A stretch of 64,000 nt of DNA from Candidatus Woesearchaeota archaeon (lineage in GTDB: Archaea; Nanobdellota; Nanobdellia; Woesearchaeales; 0-14-0-80-44-23): contig JAVZCZ010000001.1 in assembly GCA_038874135.1 (NCBI GenBank), positions 128,001 through 192,000 on the forward strand, in the 5' to 3' direction. Shown here piece after piece: positions 20,093-29,118 of the stretch (the first letter of the stretch is position 1; every line of letters begins with the position of its first letter). The notes below the pieces were generated by a model. The model saw nothing but the letters and a program-made list of their open reading frames with translations. It was not told where the DNA came from and made no database searches. A program made the position numbers and the translations under genes.

Positions 20093-20245
20093 ATAGAATT
20101 TGGCTTTCCCACATAAAATCGCAACCTTTAAATAGGGGTTGCTGTATATCCTTATTCAGTATTAATTCTTGAAGGATTGCTGAGGTGCGAAGCTTCTGCA
20201 ATGAGAAGTTAAGGAGTAAAAACTGGATTGAAAGAGTGAGTTAAA

Positions 20246-20887
20246 ATGGAAAGTGAAAATGTTATCAAGACCGGAACCACCACTGTTGGAATAGTTTGTA
20301 AAGACGGGATAGTGCTTGCTGCTGATAAGCGCGCCACAGCGGGCTACCTTATTGCTAGCAAGAAGACGGAAAAGATTCACCAGATAAGTGAAAACATTGC
20401 AGTTACAATGGCTGGAACCGCATCTGACGCGCAGCTGCTAGTTAAGATTGCCAGAGCAGAGCTTAAGCTTAAGGCATTGAGAACTGGTCAGGAGATAAGT
20501 GTCAAGGAGGCTGCAAATCTAATCTCACGATTAGTATATGACAACATAAGAAAGTTTTCATCCATCCCCGGCATTTCACAGTTCATTCTTGCAGGTAAGG
20601 ACTCTAAGGGGTTCGGACTTTACGACCTGTTTCCAGATGGAACCATTGAAGAGTGTGAGGACTACATGGCTTCTGGCTCTGGAAGCGTAATGGCTTTCGG
20701 AGTGTTAGAGACACTGTACAGAAAGGGAATGAGCATTGATGAGGGTATAAAGCTGGCTGTGAAGTGCCTGAATGCTGCAATTCAGAGGGATATCGCTTCT
20801 GGAAGCGGCTTTGATGTGGTAACAATAACCAATGAGGGAGTTAAGAAGGTTTTGGAAAAAGACATAAACGCCATGATTCAAGCGTAG
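20246..20887 (+). CDS. psmB: proteasome subunit beta
   Basis: Propeptide ..KTG|TTTVG, AADKRAT, GSGS, RDIASG. Confidence 0.96.
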   Translation: MESENVIKTGTTTVGIVCKDGIVLAADKRATAGYLIASKKTEKIHQISENIAVTMAGTASDAQLLVKIARAELKLKALRTGQEISVKEAANLISRLVYDNIRKFSSIPGISQFILAGKDSKGFGLYDLFPDGTIEECEDYMASGSGSVMAFGVLETLYRKGMSIDEGIKLAVKCLNAAIQRDIASGSGFDVVTITNEGVKKVLEKDINAMIQA

Positions 20888-20926
20888 TTTTAAACTGAAA
20901 TTTTATTTTGGAGAGTGTGATTCTGA

Positions 20927-22837
20927 ATGATGGGAAGTAAGACCAAGATACTAAATGAGATACTTAAGATGCTCCCAGCTGAAAAGATAAGCGACGCTGG
21001 ATTTGAAGGGGCGAACATCGTTTTGTACACGAAGGACAGAGACTTCTTCCTGGACAACCAGGGGCTGATCAAAAATGTGGTAAATGATATTAAGAAGAGG
21101 GTTGAGCTGAGAGCTGATCCTGAAATTCTAATGGACCAGGATGGAACTCAGGAGTTCATAAGGCAGCTAATACCGGAAGAGGCAGAGCTTGGCAACATCC
21201 TCTTTGATGCTAAGAGGTCAATGGTTACTGTTGAGGTGGGAAAGCCGGGAGTGGCCATAGGAAAGGATGGAAGCACACTTAAAGAGATAAGGAACAAGAC
21301 GCTCTGGATTCCAATAATTAGAAGGAAGCCGGCCATTCAGTCCAACATCATAGACAGCATAAGGGGAATACTATACCAGCAGTCCGACTTTAGAAGGCGA
21401 TTCCTTAACGAGACGGGTCACAGGATTTATGACGGCTGGATTAGGGGCAAGCGTCAGGAGTGGGTTCGCGTATCATTCTTAGGAGCTGGAAGGCAGGTGG
21501 GGCGATCCTGCATATACCTTCAAACTCCAGAGTCCAGGATACTTCTAGACTGCGGGGTGGATGTTGCGGCTGAAAATTCAAACGCCTACCCTCATATTGA
21601 AGCGCCAGAACTTGAGATAGGCCAGCTGGACGCTGTCATACTCACACACGCCCACCTTGACCACTCCGGATTTATTCCATACCTTTTCAGGTACGGCTAC
21701 AGAGGCCCTGTCTACTGCACTGCTCCAACAAGAGACATTGCCGCACTGACTCTTCTGGACTATGTGAAGATTATGCGTTCCAGCGGAAAGGAAGCCATAT
21801 ACTCATCTGAGGATGTACAAGAGATGGTTAAGCACACAATAACATTAGAGTATGAAGAAGTTACAGACATAACGCCGGATGTCAGGATTACACTTTATAA
21901 TGCGGGTCACATTCTCGGAAGCGCCATGGTGCACCTGCACATTGGAAATGGACTTCACAACATGCTCTACACTGCTGACATGAAATATGCCAAGACTGAG
22001 CTGCTTGAAGCTGCAGAGACCAACTTTCCAAGACTTGAGAGCATGATAATAGAATCAACTTATGGAGGCAGCGACTATGTCATGCCTTCCAGGAAGGAGT
22101 GCGACGAGCTCTTCAAACGCCTCATAACTGAAACCATCGCTAATGGGGGCAAGATCCTAGTGCCCGTTCTTGGAACTGGAAGGGCTCAGGAGATAATGCT
22201 GACTGTGGAGCAGATGGTCCGCAAGGGTGAGATTCCACCAATCCCGGTGTTCGTAGATGGAATAGTGTGGGATATAACAGCAATACACACAGCCTACCCG
22301 GAATTCATGAACAGCACCGTGCGCAAGCAGATATTCAGAGATGACAACAACCCATTCCTTTCAGAAATATTCAAGCGGGTTGGTTCGGCTCAGGAGAGGA
22401 AGCAGGTATTTGAAGAGCAGGGCCCCTGCCTCATCCTTGCAACTTCAGGAATGCTTGTAGGAGGTCCTTCTGTTGAGTATTTAAGAAACCTGGCTGACAA
22501 TCCTAAAAACCTTCTAATCTTTGTTTCCTATCAGGGTCAGGGCTCTCTGGGAAGGCGCATACAGAATGGAGAGCGCGAATTCACAATGACTAACGAAGAT
22601 GGAAAACAGGAGCTGGTAAAGCTGAATATGAGGGTTGAAACCATTGAGGGCTTTTCAGGACACTCCAGCAGAAAGGAGCTTCTTAACTTCATTTACAAGT
22701 GTAATCCAAAGCCTAAGAAGGTTATAGTTCATCACGGAGAAAGCTCCAGATGCTTAGACCTTGCCAGCACCATACACAAGCAGTTCAGAATTGAGACGGC
22801 AGCTCCGAGAAATCTTGAAGTTGTTAGGCTTAAGTAG
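20927..22837 (+). CDS. fttA: beta-CASP ribonuclease aCPSF1 / termination factor FttA
   Basis: N-terminal KH domains, VGRSC, THAHLDH, AGHILGS, ESTYG, FSGHS, HGE. Confidence 0.96.
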   Translation: MMGSKTKILNEILKMLPAEKISDAGFEGANIVLYTKDRDFFLDNQGLIKNVVNDIKKRVELRADPEILMDQDGTQEFIRQLIPEEAELGNILFDAKRSMVTVEVGKPGVAIGKDGSTLKEIRNKTLWIPIIRRKPAIQSNIIDSIRGILYQQSDFRRRFLNETGHRIYDGWIRGKRQEWVRVSFLGAGRQVGRSCIYLQTPESRILLDCGVDVAAENSNAYPHIEAPELEIGQLDAVILTHAHLDHSGFIPYLFRYGYRGPVYCTAPTRDIAALTLLDYVKIMRSSGKEAIYSSEDVQEMVKHTITLEYEEVTDITPDVRITLYNAGHILGSAMVHLHIGNGLHNMLYTADMKYAKTELLEAAETNFPRLESMIIESTYGGSDYVMPSRKECDELFKRLITETIANGGKILVPVLGTGRAQEIMLTVEQMVRKGEIPPIPVFVDGIVWDITAIHTAYPEFMNSTVRKQIFRDDNNPFLSEIFKRVGSAQERKQVFEEQGPCLILATSGMLVGGPSVEYLRNLADNPKNLLIFVSYQGQGSLGRRIQNGEREFTMTNEDGKQELVKLNMRVETIEGFSGHSSRKELLNFIYKCNPKPKKVIVHHGESSRCLDLASTIHKQFRIETAAPRNLEVVRLK

Positions 22838-22838
22838 G

Positions 22839-23309
22839 CTAATTCTTTTTAGGCTTATCAGCAATGCAGCCCATGTGGTAGAGTGCTATCAGTTGAACAA
22901 CGATTGAGATTGCTATTATACTTAGACTGTACCTTTCAAAGAAGTTGAATGCAAAACCGGGAACTATCAAAGCGAGAATTCCCGTGCTGAGATATGCTCC
23001 GCATACTGGCGCACCTACAGTGCATGCCTGTAAAGCTCCAAAGCCGAAGATGGTAGCTATTATTCCCAATAGTGAAGCTCCGTTTCTTTTCGCAGAATAA
23101 ACCTTCTCCTTTACACTCCTCACAAAACAGGTTATTATTGAAGATGTTGTGATTATGAATAGTATAGCAATTATCCAATAATAGCCGTAGTAGACCTTCC
23201 TTGGAAGCAGAAGGCTTAATCCAATTGCAGATATTAGAAAAACGAACTTGCAGTAGTGGCTCTTCAGAACTCTAAATATGGGAACTCTGAATATTTTCTT
23301 ATCTTTCAA
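22839..23309 (-). CDS. hypothetical 4TM membrane protein with paired Cys
   Basis: Hydrophobic helices, ACTVGAPVCG; start codon uncertain. Confidence 0.6.
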   Translation of the reverse strand: MKDKKIFRVPIFRVLKSHYCKFVFLISAIGLSLLLPRKVYYGYYWIIAILFIITTSSIITCFVRSVKEKVYSAKRNGASLLGIIATIFGFGALQACTVGAPVCGAYLSTGILALIVPGFAFNFFERYSLSIIAISIVVQLIALYHMGCIADKPKKN

Positions 23310-23423
23310 ATTCTTACACCTTAAAAGATATTTGTGGAATCGGCTGTGAAAATTTAAAGTTTTTGATTTTGTAGATAAAGAGTTTCACAACCTTTAAATA
23401 AGACTCAGCTCTACAAGCCCGCT

Positions 23424-24089
23424 ATGAAGCTGGGAGCTCTATTTTCAGGCGGTAAAGATTCGTGTTATGCAATGCACCTCGCAGCAAGGCAGCATGAAAT
23501 AGTCTGCCTCATCTCAATACTTTCAAAGAGCTCTGAAAGCTACATGTTTCACACTCCAAACATAAATCTTGTCAAAAAACAGGCTGAAGCTTTAGGGCTC
23601 CCAATTTTAATGGAAGAAACGGAAGGGCAGAAGGAAGAAGAGCTTAAAGACCTTGAAAGGGCGCTGCTTAAAGCGAAAAGCGAGTATAGAATTGAAGGCA
23701 TAGTTTCAGGAGCTATTGCAAGCACCTATCAGAAGGAAAGGATTGAAAAGATCTGCAAGAGGTTAGGCTTAGAGTGCCTAAATCCCCTGTGGGGAGTTGA
23801 CCAGTTTGAACTTCTCAGAAGGCTGGTTTCTGAAAGGTTTGAAGTAATTATAGTCGGCGTATTTGCCATGGGCCTTGAAAGGTTTCTCGGAAGGAAGATT
23901 GACCAGAGCTTCATAAGAGAGATTGAATCAGTTTATGAAAAGCTCAGGATTAACCCTTCTGGAGAGGGCGGCGAGTATGAGAGTTTCGTGCTGAACGCTC
24001 CAATGTTTAAGCACCCATTGGAGATATTGAGCAGCGAAGAGGTTTCTGACAGGCATGGCGGCCGAACTCTAATCCTAAAATTAAAATAG
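23424..24089 (+). CDS. dph6: diphthine--ammonia ligase
   Basis: LFSGGKDS, SYMFH, GAIASTYQ, PLW, GEGGEYES. Confidence 0.94.
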   Translation: MKLGALFSGGKDSCYAMHLAARQHEIVCLISILSKSSESYMFHTPNINLVKKQAEALGLPILMEETEGQKEEELKDLERALLKAKSEYRIEGIVSGAIASTYQKERIEKICKRLGLECLNPLWGVDQFELLRRLVSERFEVIIVGVFAMGLERFLGRKIDQSFIREIESVYEKLRINPSGEGGEYESFVLNAPMFKHPLEILSSEEVSDRHGGRTLILKLK

Positions 24090-24099
24090 AAAAAATGAA

Positions 24100-24405
24100 T
24101 TACTTCTTGGATACTTTGGGCTCTTTGAATAGGTATTTTGCTATCAGGAATACTACGAATGCTATTATTATAAAGTTTATCACAGCTCCGAGGAATGCTC
24201 CCCAACGGAGAACTATTGGTCCAATCTTGAGAGTTGCTGTTTCCCAGCCTCCGTGCGGTATAAATGGTGTTAGTAGGGGCATTATTATGTTGCTTACAAG
24301 CGAATTTACAAGTGCAGTTACGGCAGCGCCCATGATGAAGGCAATTGCCAGCGGCAGTACCTTATATTCAGCAAGAAACTCTTTGAACTCCTTTATTATT
24401 CCCAT
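24100..24405 (-). CDS. mscL: large-conductance mechanosensitive channel family protein
   Basis: IKEFKEFL..LAIAFIMGAA..LVNSLV.NIIMP, GAFLGAVINFIIIA. Confidence 0.9.
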   Translation of the reverse strand: MGIIKEFKEFLAEYKVLPLAIAFIMGAAVTALVNSLVSNIIMPLLTPFIPHGGWETATLKIGPIVLRWGAFLGAVINFIIIAFVVFLIAKYLFKEPKVSKK

Positions 24406-24511
24406 TTTTTCACCTCGTAAGGGTTTCTGGATTCATTTTATGTTTTGGAGTTTAAAAATGTTTTTGAACTCTTCTTGCGATTGGGAAACTTCCTATCAAA
24501 AGTTTTAAATC

Positions 24512-25396
24512 TTGTTAGAATATTTTTTTCTCATGAGCCTTGCCGGCTTGTTGAAGGATGCTAAGATTGTTTTTAGAAGCACTTCCATATCAGACTTTTT
24601 AGTGCTTTCAGCACTTCCTCTTGTTATGTTCTGCCTCATGTTTGTGCCTGCAAGGATTTCAGATTTATTGAAGCTTAACCTGAATAGTCCCAAATGGTGG
24701 CAGTTCTTTACGAACTCCTTCTTCCATGCAGGTTGGAAACACTTCCTGTTTAACGCTTTGATGTATTTCTTAATCGTCATTCCATCATTCCTATTTTCAG
24801 CTTATTCTGGAAAGAAACATATTTATTACAAGATGTATGCTGCGGCATGTGGAGCTTATCCGATTGCTTCCCTGCTTGTTGGCTCCATCTCTTCACAATT
24901 CTATTTTAAAATTATGTTTCCAAAAACATACCTTATGAATGCTCATCAGGTTTCTGGTTCTTCAGGAATTGTTGCTTCACTTATGGGAATACTTCCTTTT
25001 GTCTTCCTTAGCAGGTATCATGCTGAGGTCAGTTTTAAGAATAAAATGTTCTTCCTCTCACTGCTCTACTGTGTAGCTATTTTTATTTTGATTTATGGAA
25101 GCGTGTCATATAAGGTTCTTTCTATAGTTGCATTTCTCATTGTTTTAATTATGCTCCTAAGCTCAACTGCCTATTTGAAAATTTTTTTGAAAAGCATCAG
25201 AAAGGATTTGAGAGCTAACAGATTTTTAGGCTTTTTATCCTTGCTGCTGCCGCTGTTTTTTATCGGCGCTCCATTTGCCTTATTCCCGAATTTAAACAAG
25301 TTAGCCAGTGAAGGAATGCTTGTAAATTTTGGAGGGCATTATTTCGGACTTATTCTCGGCATACTTGCAGGTTCAATAGTTTTTGAAACAATGTAA
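24512..25396 (+). CDS. rhomboid-family intramembrane serine protease
   Basis: WWQFFTNSFFHAGWKHFLFN, GSSG, GGHYFG; start uncertain (ATG 24533 possible). Confidence 0.8.
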   Translation: MLEYFFLMSLAGLLKDAKIVFRSTSISDFLVLSALPLVMFCLMFVPARISDLLKLNLNSPKWWQFFTNSFFHAGWKHFLFNALMYFLIVIPSFLFSAYSGKKHIYYKMYAAACGAYPIASLLVGSISSQFYFKIMFPKTYLMNAHQVSGSSGIVASLMGILPFVFLSRYHAEVSFKNKMFFLSLLYCVAIFILIYGSVSYKVLSIVAFLIVLIMLLSSTAYLKIFLKSIRKDLRANRFLGFLSLLLPLFFIGAPFALFPNLNKLASEGMLVNFGGHYFGLILGILAGSIVFETM

Positions 25397-25505
25397 ACAA
25401 AAAATGAATTATATACTCCAGTATAATAATCTTTAAAAAGGTTGTAACCACTATTGAATAAAAACTAATTAGGAACAATTAAAAGTTTTTAGGAGGGCGT
25501 TGGGC

Positions 25506-26864
25506 ATGAAGAGAAACCCATTAGTCTTATTGTCAATAGTACTTGTGCTGGCACTTATCAAGCCAGTGCTTGCAGCCTCAATTTCAGTGAGCACAAGTTC
25601 TATAACATTCGGCGGATCTGACGCGGAAAGAGACTCATACTACACTGCAACACTCACAATAACAAATACAGGCTCAGACAATGTTACTATCAATATAAAC
25701 CCCAGCGGGGTAAACAGCAGGTATCAGCTCTCAATACTGCCAAACCAGAGCATAACAATTCCAGGAAATAACAATCAGACCATTATCAACCTTCAAGCAT
25801 ACATACCCAAAAGTGAGGATTCTGCAAAGCATAAGATTGGAAACCTCATAATAAGCGGATCAGGAATCACATCTCAAACAGTAACACTTTACATGCAAGC
25901 GGTAAACAAGCTGGAAGTTTATGACATGGACATTGAAGTTGCCGGAAGCTCTCAGAATGTAGACTGCACCTATGACGGATGTTCTTACAGCGTAGATAAG
26001 AAAGCAGAACCCGGCTCATCATTAACCCTAACTATAAAGCTAAAAAACGATTTCACCAAAGATGAAAACATTGACATAAACGACATAGAAATAAACTCCT
26101 ACATTGAAAACATCAATAACGGAGACGACCTGTACCCCGACAGAGAGGTAGGCACATTCGACCTTGCACCTGAAAAGAAGGTAACAAAAGCTGTTACATT
26201 CACAATTCCAGAAAACGCTGAAGAAGATGAATACACTCTTGCAGTTGAGATAAGCGGAGAAGATGACAACGGTGCAGTGCACTCCTTCAAAGGAGAAATC
26301 TACTTTGAAGTAAAGAGGCCGTCCCACGCCATAGACATTGTTGAGATAAGTCCTTCCCAGCTTGAGGTTTCAAATTGCAGCAGGAGTGCCACGCTTGCTG
26401 TTAAGATTATCAACAGGGGAAGAAATGACGAGAAGCATGTTGCTGTTACGGCTGCAAATCAGCAGTTAGGAATAGGGCTAAAAAATGACCTGTCTCTAAA
26501 CTATGGGGAAAGCTATACGAATGTTTTCACGATAATCGCGCCGCAAAATGCAGTGCCCGGAACATACATGCTCACAATAAAGACATACTACGACTATGAC
26601 GAGCTGAGCAGCATCTCTTCCGTACCACTTGTAGTTAAGACATGCGCTCCGGAAGTTGTAACTCCTACGGAGCCAGAGCAGCCGGTGCAGAATCAGAGCC
26701 AGCAAGAAAGTGCGCCAGTAATAATACAGCCGCCCAGTGGAGCTGTTGCGGTTGCGCAGAAGGTACCATTCACTGAAACTACAACTTTTATGGTGCTGCT
26801 AGTAGTTGCAATAGTAGCTTTGCTAATACTGATCTTTGTGGTTATAGCGAAGCTGGTGAGGTAG
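25506..26864 (+). CDS. putative S-layer/surface protein with Ig-like domains
   Basis: Signal peptide, beta-rich domains with N-glycosylation sequons, Pro/Gln linker, C-terminal TM. Confidence 0.7.
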   Translation: MKRNPLVLLSIVLVLALIKPVLAASISVSTSSITFGGSDAERDSYYTATLTITNTGSDNVTININPSGVNSRYQLSILPNQSITIPGNNNQTIINLQAYIPKSEDSAKHKIGNLIISGSGITSQTVTLYMQAVNKLEVYDMDIEVAGSSQNVDCTYDGCSYSVDKKAEPGSSLTLTIKLKNDFTKDENIDINDIEINSYIENINNGDDLYPDREVGTFDLAPEKKVTKAVTFTIPENAEEDEYTLAVEISGEDDNGAVHSFKGEIYFEVKRPSHAIDIVEISPSQLEVSNCSRSATLAVKIINRGRNDEKHVAVTAANQQLGIGLKNDLSLNYGESYTNVFTIIAPQNAVPGTYMLTIKTYYDYDELSSISSVPLVVKTCAPEVVTPTEPEQPVQNQSQQESAPVIIQPPSGAVAVAQKVPFTETTTFMVLLVVAIVALLILIFVVIAKLVR

Positions 26865-27471
26865 AATCTTTATTTTTTAACACTTTTAATTTTTCAATTT
26901 CTCTATACAGCCTTTTTATTCTTTGAAAGTTTATTTCCATTCTCCTGTTAGCTTCCTCGCACAATTCCCTTACCCCTTCTTCACTAATTAAGAGGCTTCC
27001 ATTTTTTGAAACAATAGCGTTGATGCTTTCCGGGCTTTCTAGGGAGAGCATTATCCTATTTCCTGCTGAGATTATGCAGCTCCTCTTAAATCCTGAAGCG
27101 TTTCCAATCACGACCATCCTGTTTGCTGCTTCAAGGCTTCTTGCAGCTATGTGAATTATCATGTTCTCCTGCTTGAACCAGATTGGACTATGGCTGACTT
27201 TTTCTTTTAGCACTCTTAGCACTTCTTCTGCATTTACCTTTTCATGGCTTGTAAATATCCACTCCGCCTGGTCTTTCCTTTCAGATTTTCTTTCTATGAG
27301 CATTATCCTTCCAGAACAGGAGCTTGTTGTATAAAATTCTGGCATGCTGTTTATCATATCAATCAGCTGCCTTATCCTCTCATCTATCGCTCCTTTTTTT
27401 GAGTTGTCTCTTCGAGAGAGGGCATTCTTCTTGTGAAGTGCAAACTCCTTCTCTGGTATTTCACACTGCAT
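26842..27471 (-). CDS. taw3: tRNA wybutosine/wyosine methyltransferase Taw3
   Basis: KGAIDE..YTTSSCSGRI, W.F.SH, GFKRS. Confidence 0.92.
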   Translation of the reverse strand: MQCEIPEKEFALHKKNALSRRDNSKKGAIDERIRQLIDMINSMPEFYTTSSCSGRIMLIERKSERKDQAEWIFTSHEKVNAEEVLRVLKEKVSHSPIWFKQENMIIHIAARSLEAANRMVVIGNASGFKRSCIISAGNRIMLSLESPESINAIVSKNGSLLISEEGVRELCEEANRRMEINFQRIKRLYREIEKLKVLKNKDSTSPASL

Positions 27472-27511
27472 AGGAAGAAGAAGTGATGCGTCTTTAATAA
27501 ATTTTTTTAAA

Positions 27512-28327
27512 CTACTCAGCAGGTGTTTTTTTCTCCATTATCCTTTTCATCTGAGCCACAAAGTCTGAAGCTTCCTTAAGGTATTTTTCAAATTCAACGC
27601 CCGATATCTCCTTTATCTCCCTGCGGGCTATGCCTTTAGAGATGTTATAAAACTTTCTCATAGTTTCCACATATCTTCTGTCTAGTAGTCTTTTGGAGAC
27701 CATAGCTCTTTCCATAAGTTCGGGCACGTGCTCAGGACTTGCAGGTATTTCTCCAAGGTGCATAAGTGCTGCATGAGCAGAATCTATAACTGCCCAGTAT
27801 AGGTCCAGAGTTGCAGAGAGGAGATGGCCCTTTGCAGAGAATAGATTTCTAGGTGCCCTGCCGTAATAGGTGTATATTGCCTCGGGAGTTGGCCTTATTC
27901 TTCCAGTTTTTAGTAGGACCTGTAAGGGTTCAAAGAATCCTGAGTCCATAAGTGCAACTCCATCTCTGAGAATGTTTATGGCTATTGGGTCTCCTGCTCT
28001 GACATAGTCCCAGAAGCTTGTGAATTTTAGTGTGGTCACATGGATTCGGTTGCTCGTGTTGATTACTGTCTTTTCTGTTATGATGCGGTAAGCTTCCACC
28101 ATCTCGGGGGTTAGGTTTATTGTTATGTCATCCACTATTAGCAGTATGTCTATGTCTCCGTCTTTTTTTGCAGTTCCCCTAGCTGTGCTTCCGAAGAGCA
28201 CTATTGCCTTGAGTATTGTTCCGAACTCCTTGTATATGTTTTTGGCAAATGAGTAGGCTATGTCCAGTTCGTCTTTTGAGTAGAGCTCCTCGTTTGCTTT
28301 TTTCTTGTGCTCTATCTTAAACTCCAC
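27512..28327 (-). CDS. fused minimal nucleotidyltransferase-HEPN protein
   Basis: LFGSTARG..GDIDILLIVDD followed by HEPN-like helices (LYWAVIDSAHAAL). Confidence 0.8.
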   Translation of the reverse strand: MEFKIEHKKKANEELYSKDELDIAYSFAKNIYKEFGTILKAIVLFGSTARGTAKKDGDIDILLIVDDITINLTPEMVEAYRIITEKTVINTSNRIHVTTLKFTSFWDYVRAGDPIAINILRDGVALMDSGFFEPLQVLLKTGRIRPTPEAIYTYYGRAPRNLFSAKGHLLSATLDLYWAVIDSAHAALMHLGEIPASPEHVPELMERAMVSKRLLDRRYVETMRKFYNISKGIARREIKEISGVEFEKYLKEASDFVAQMKRIMEKKTPAE

Positions 28328-28421
28328 CTGAATCCCCTATGCAAACTATTTTAAAACGGTTATTAAATCTTTTTAACTATTGGAGAGTGGAAAGATTTAT
28401 ATAATCTGATTTCTTGAAACA

Positions 28422-28994
28422 TTGGCGTGCAAGATGGACCATTCTAATATTTCGGAAAGCCTGGTGCAGCTGATTAAAGACACGCCCGAAGCTGAAAGAG
28501 AAGCAGGACTTACAGCCTTGATATCCTTTTTTGACACGCACAAATCCAATCTTAACAATACTCTCAATGATACCTACCGCCAGATTCACGAATATTTTGA
28601 GCCCTTGGAAAATCATCTTGAAGAAACAGCACTATTTTCAAAAAATGAGAACGCTATTATTACAAGGATTAGACGCTTTGTTGTCAACTGCGCTGCAAGG
28701 CTGCTAATCAGGCGAAATATGGATGATTACCTACTTGAACAGATAAGTAAGTATGATAGGAAAAGCTCATCTTTTAAATCGCACTCTGAGAGGTTTGAAA
28801 AGGCATACTCCACACTAGAGAACTTAATTAGCTCAAAAGAGATTAGTATCAGTTCGGAATGCACGGAAAAATTGGAAGAGCTTATGAGAATATTTGGCGA
28901 AATTTCTGAGCTGGAAAGAAGGCTCAGCAGGGCTTCTGATCACATAAAAAATGTTTACCTAAAAGTTTATGAAACATTCTATGGAAAAAAATAA
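28422..28994 (+). CDS. hypothetical alpha-helical protein
   Basis: 190-aa ORF, TATA upstream; start uncertain. Confidence 0.55.
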   Translation: MACKMDHSNISESLVQLIKDTPEAEREAGLTALISFFDTHKSNLNNTLNDTYRQIHEYFEPLENHLEETALFSKNENAIITRIRRFVVNCAARLLIRRNMDDYLLEQISKYDRKSSSFKSHSERFEKAYSTLENLISSKEISISSECTEKLEELMRIFGEISELERRLSRASDHIKNVYLKVYETFYGKK

Positions 28995-29022
28995 ATTAGA
29001 AAAAAAGAGCACTAAAAACATT

Positions 29023-29070
29023 TCAGTTCTTCTTTTTCTTAGCCTTCTTAGCTGAGCTCTTACACGCCAT
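29023..29070 (-). CDS. candidate 15-aa Lys-rich microprotein MACKSSAKKAKKKKN
   Basis: ATG 7 nt after SD GAGGTG (29078-29083), TGA stop, then a T-tract on the minus strand; not in ORF track. Confidence 0.5.
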   Translation of the reverse strand: MACKSSAKKAKKKKN

Positions 29071-29118
29071 AGCTTAACACCTCAAAAATTTTTTTATACT
29101 AAATTAGTTTAAATATTT

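Noticed and set aside
25506-26330. A/C-rich codon endings in the surface-protein gene as another skew centre
   Set aside because: High-expression codon preference could explain it, and no clear mirror flank was established by eye.
28422-28994. Hemerythrin-like motif (NHLEETALF)
   Set aside because: Spacing does not match HxxxEE and other ligands are not evident.
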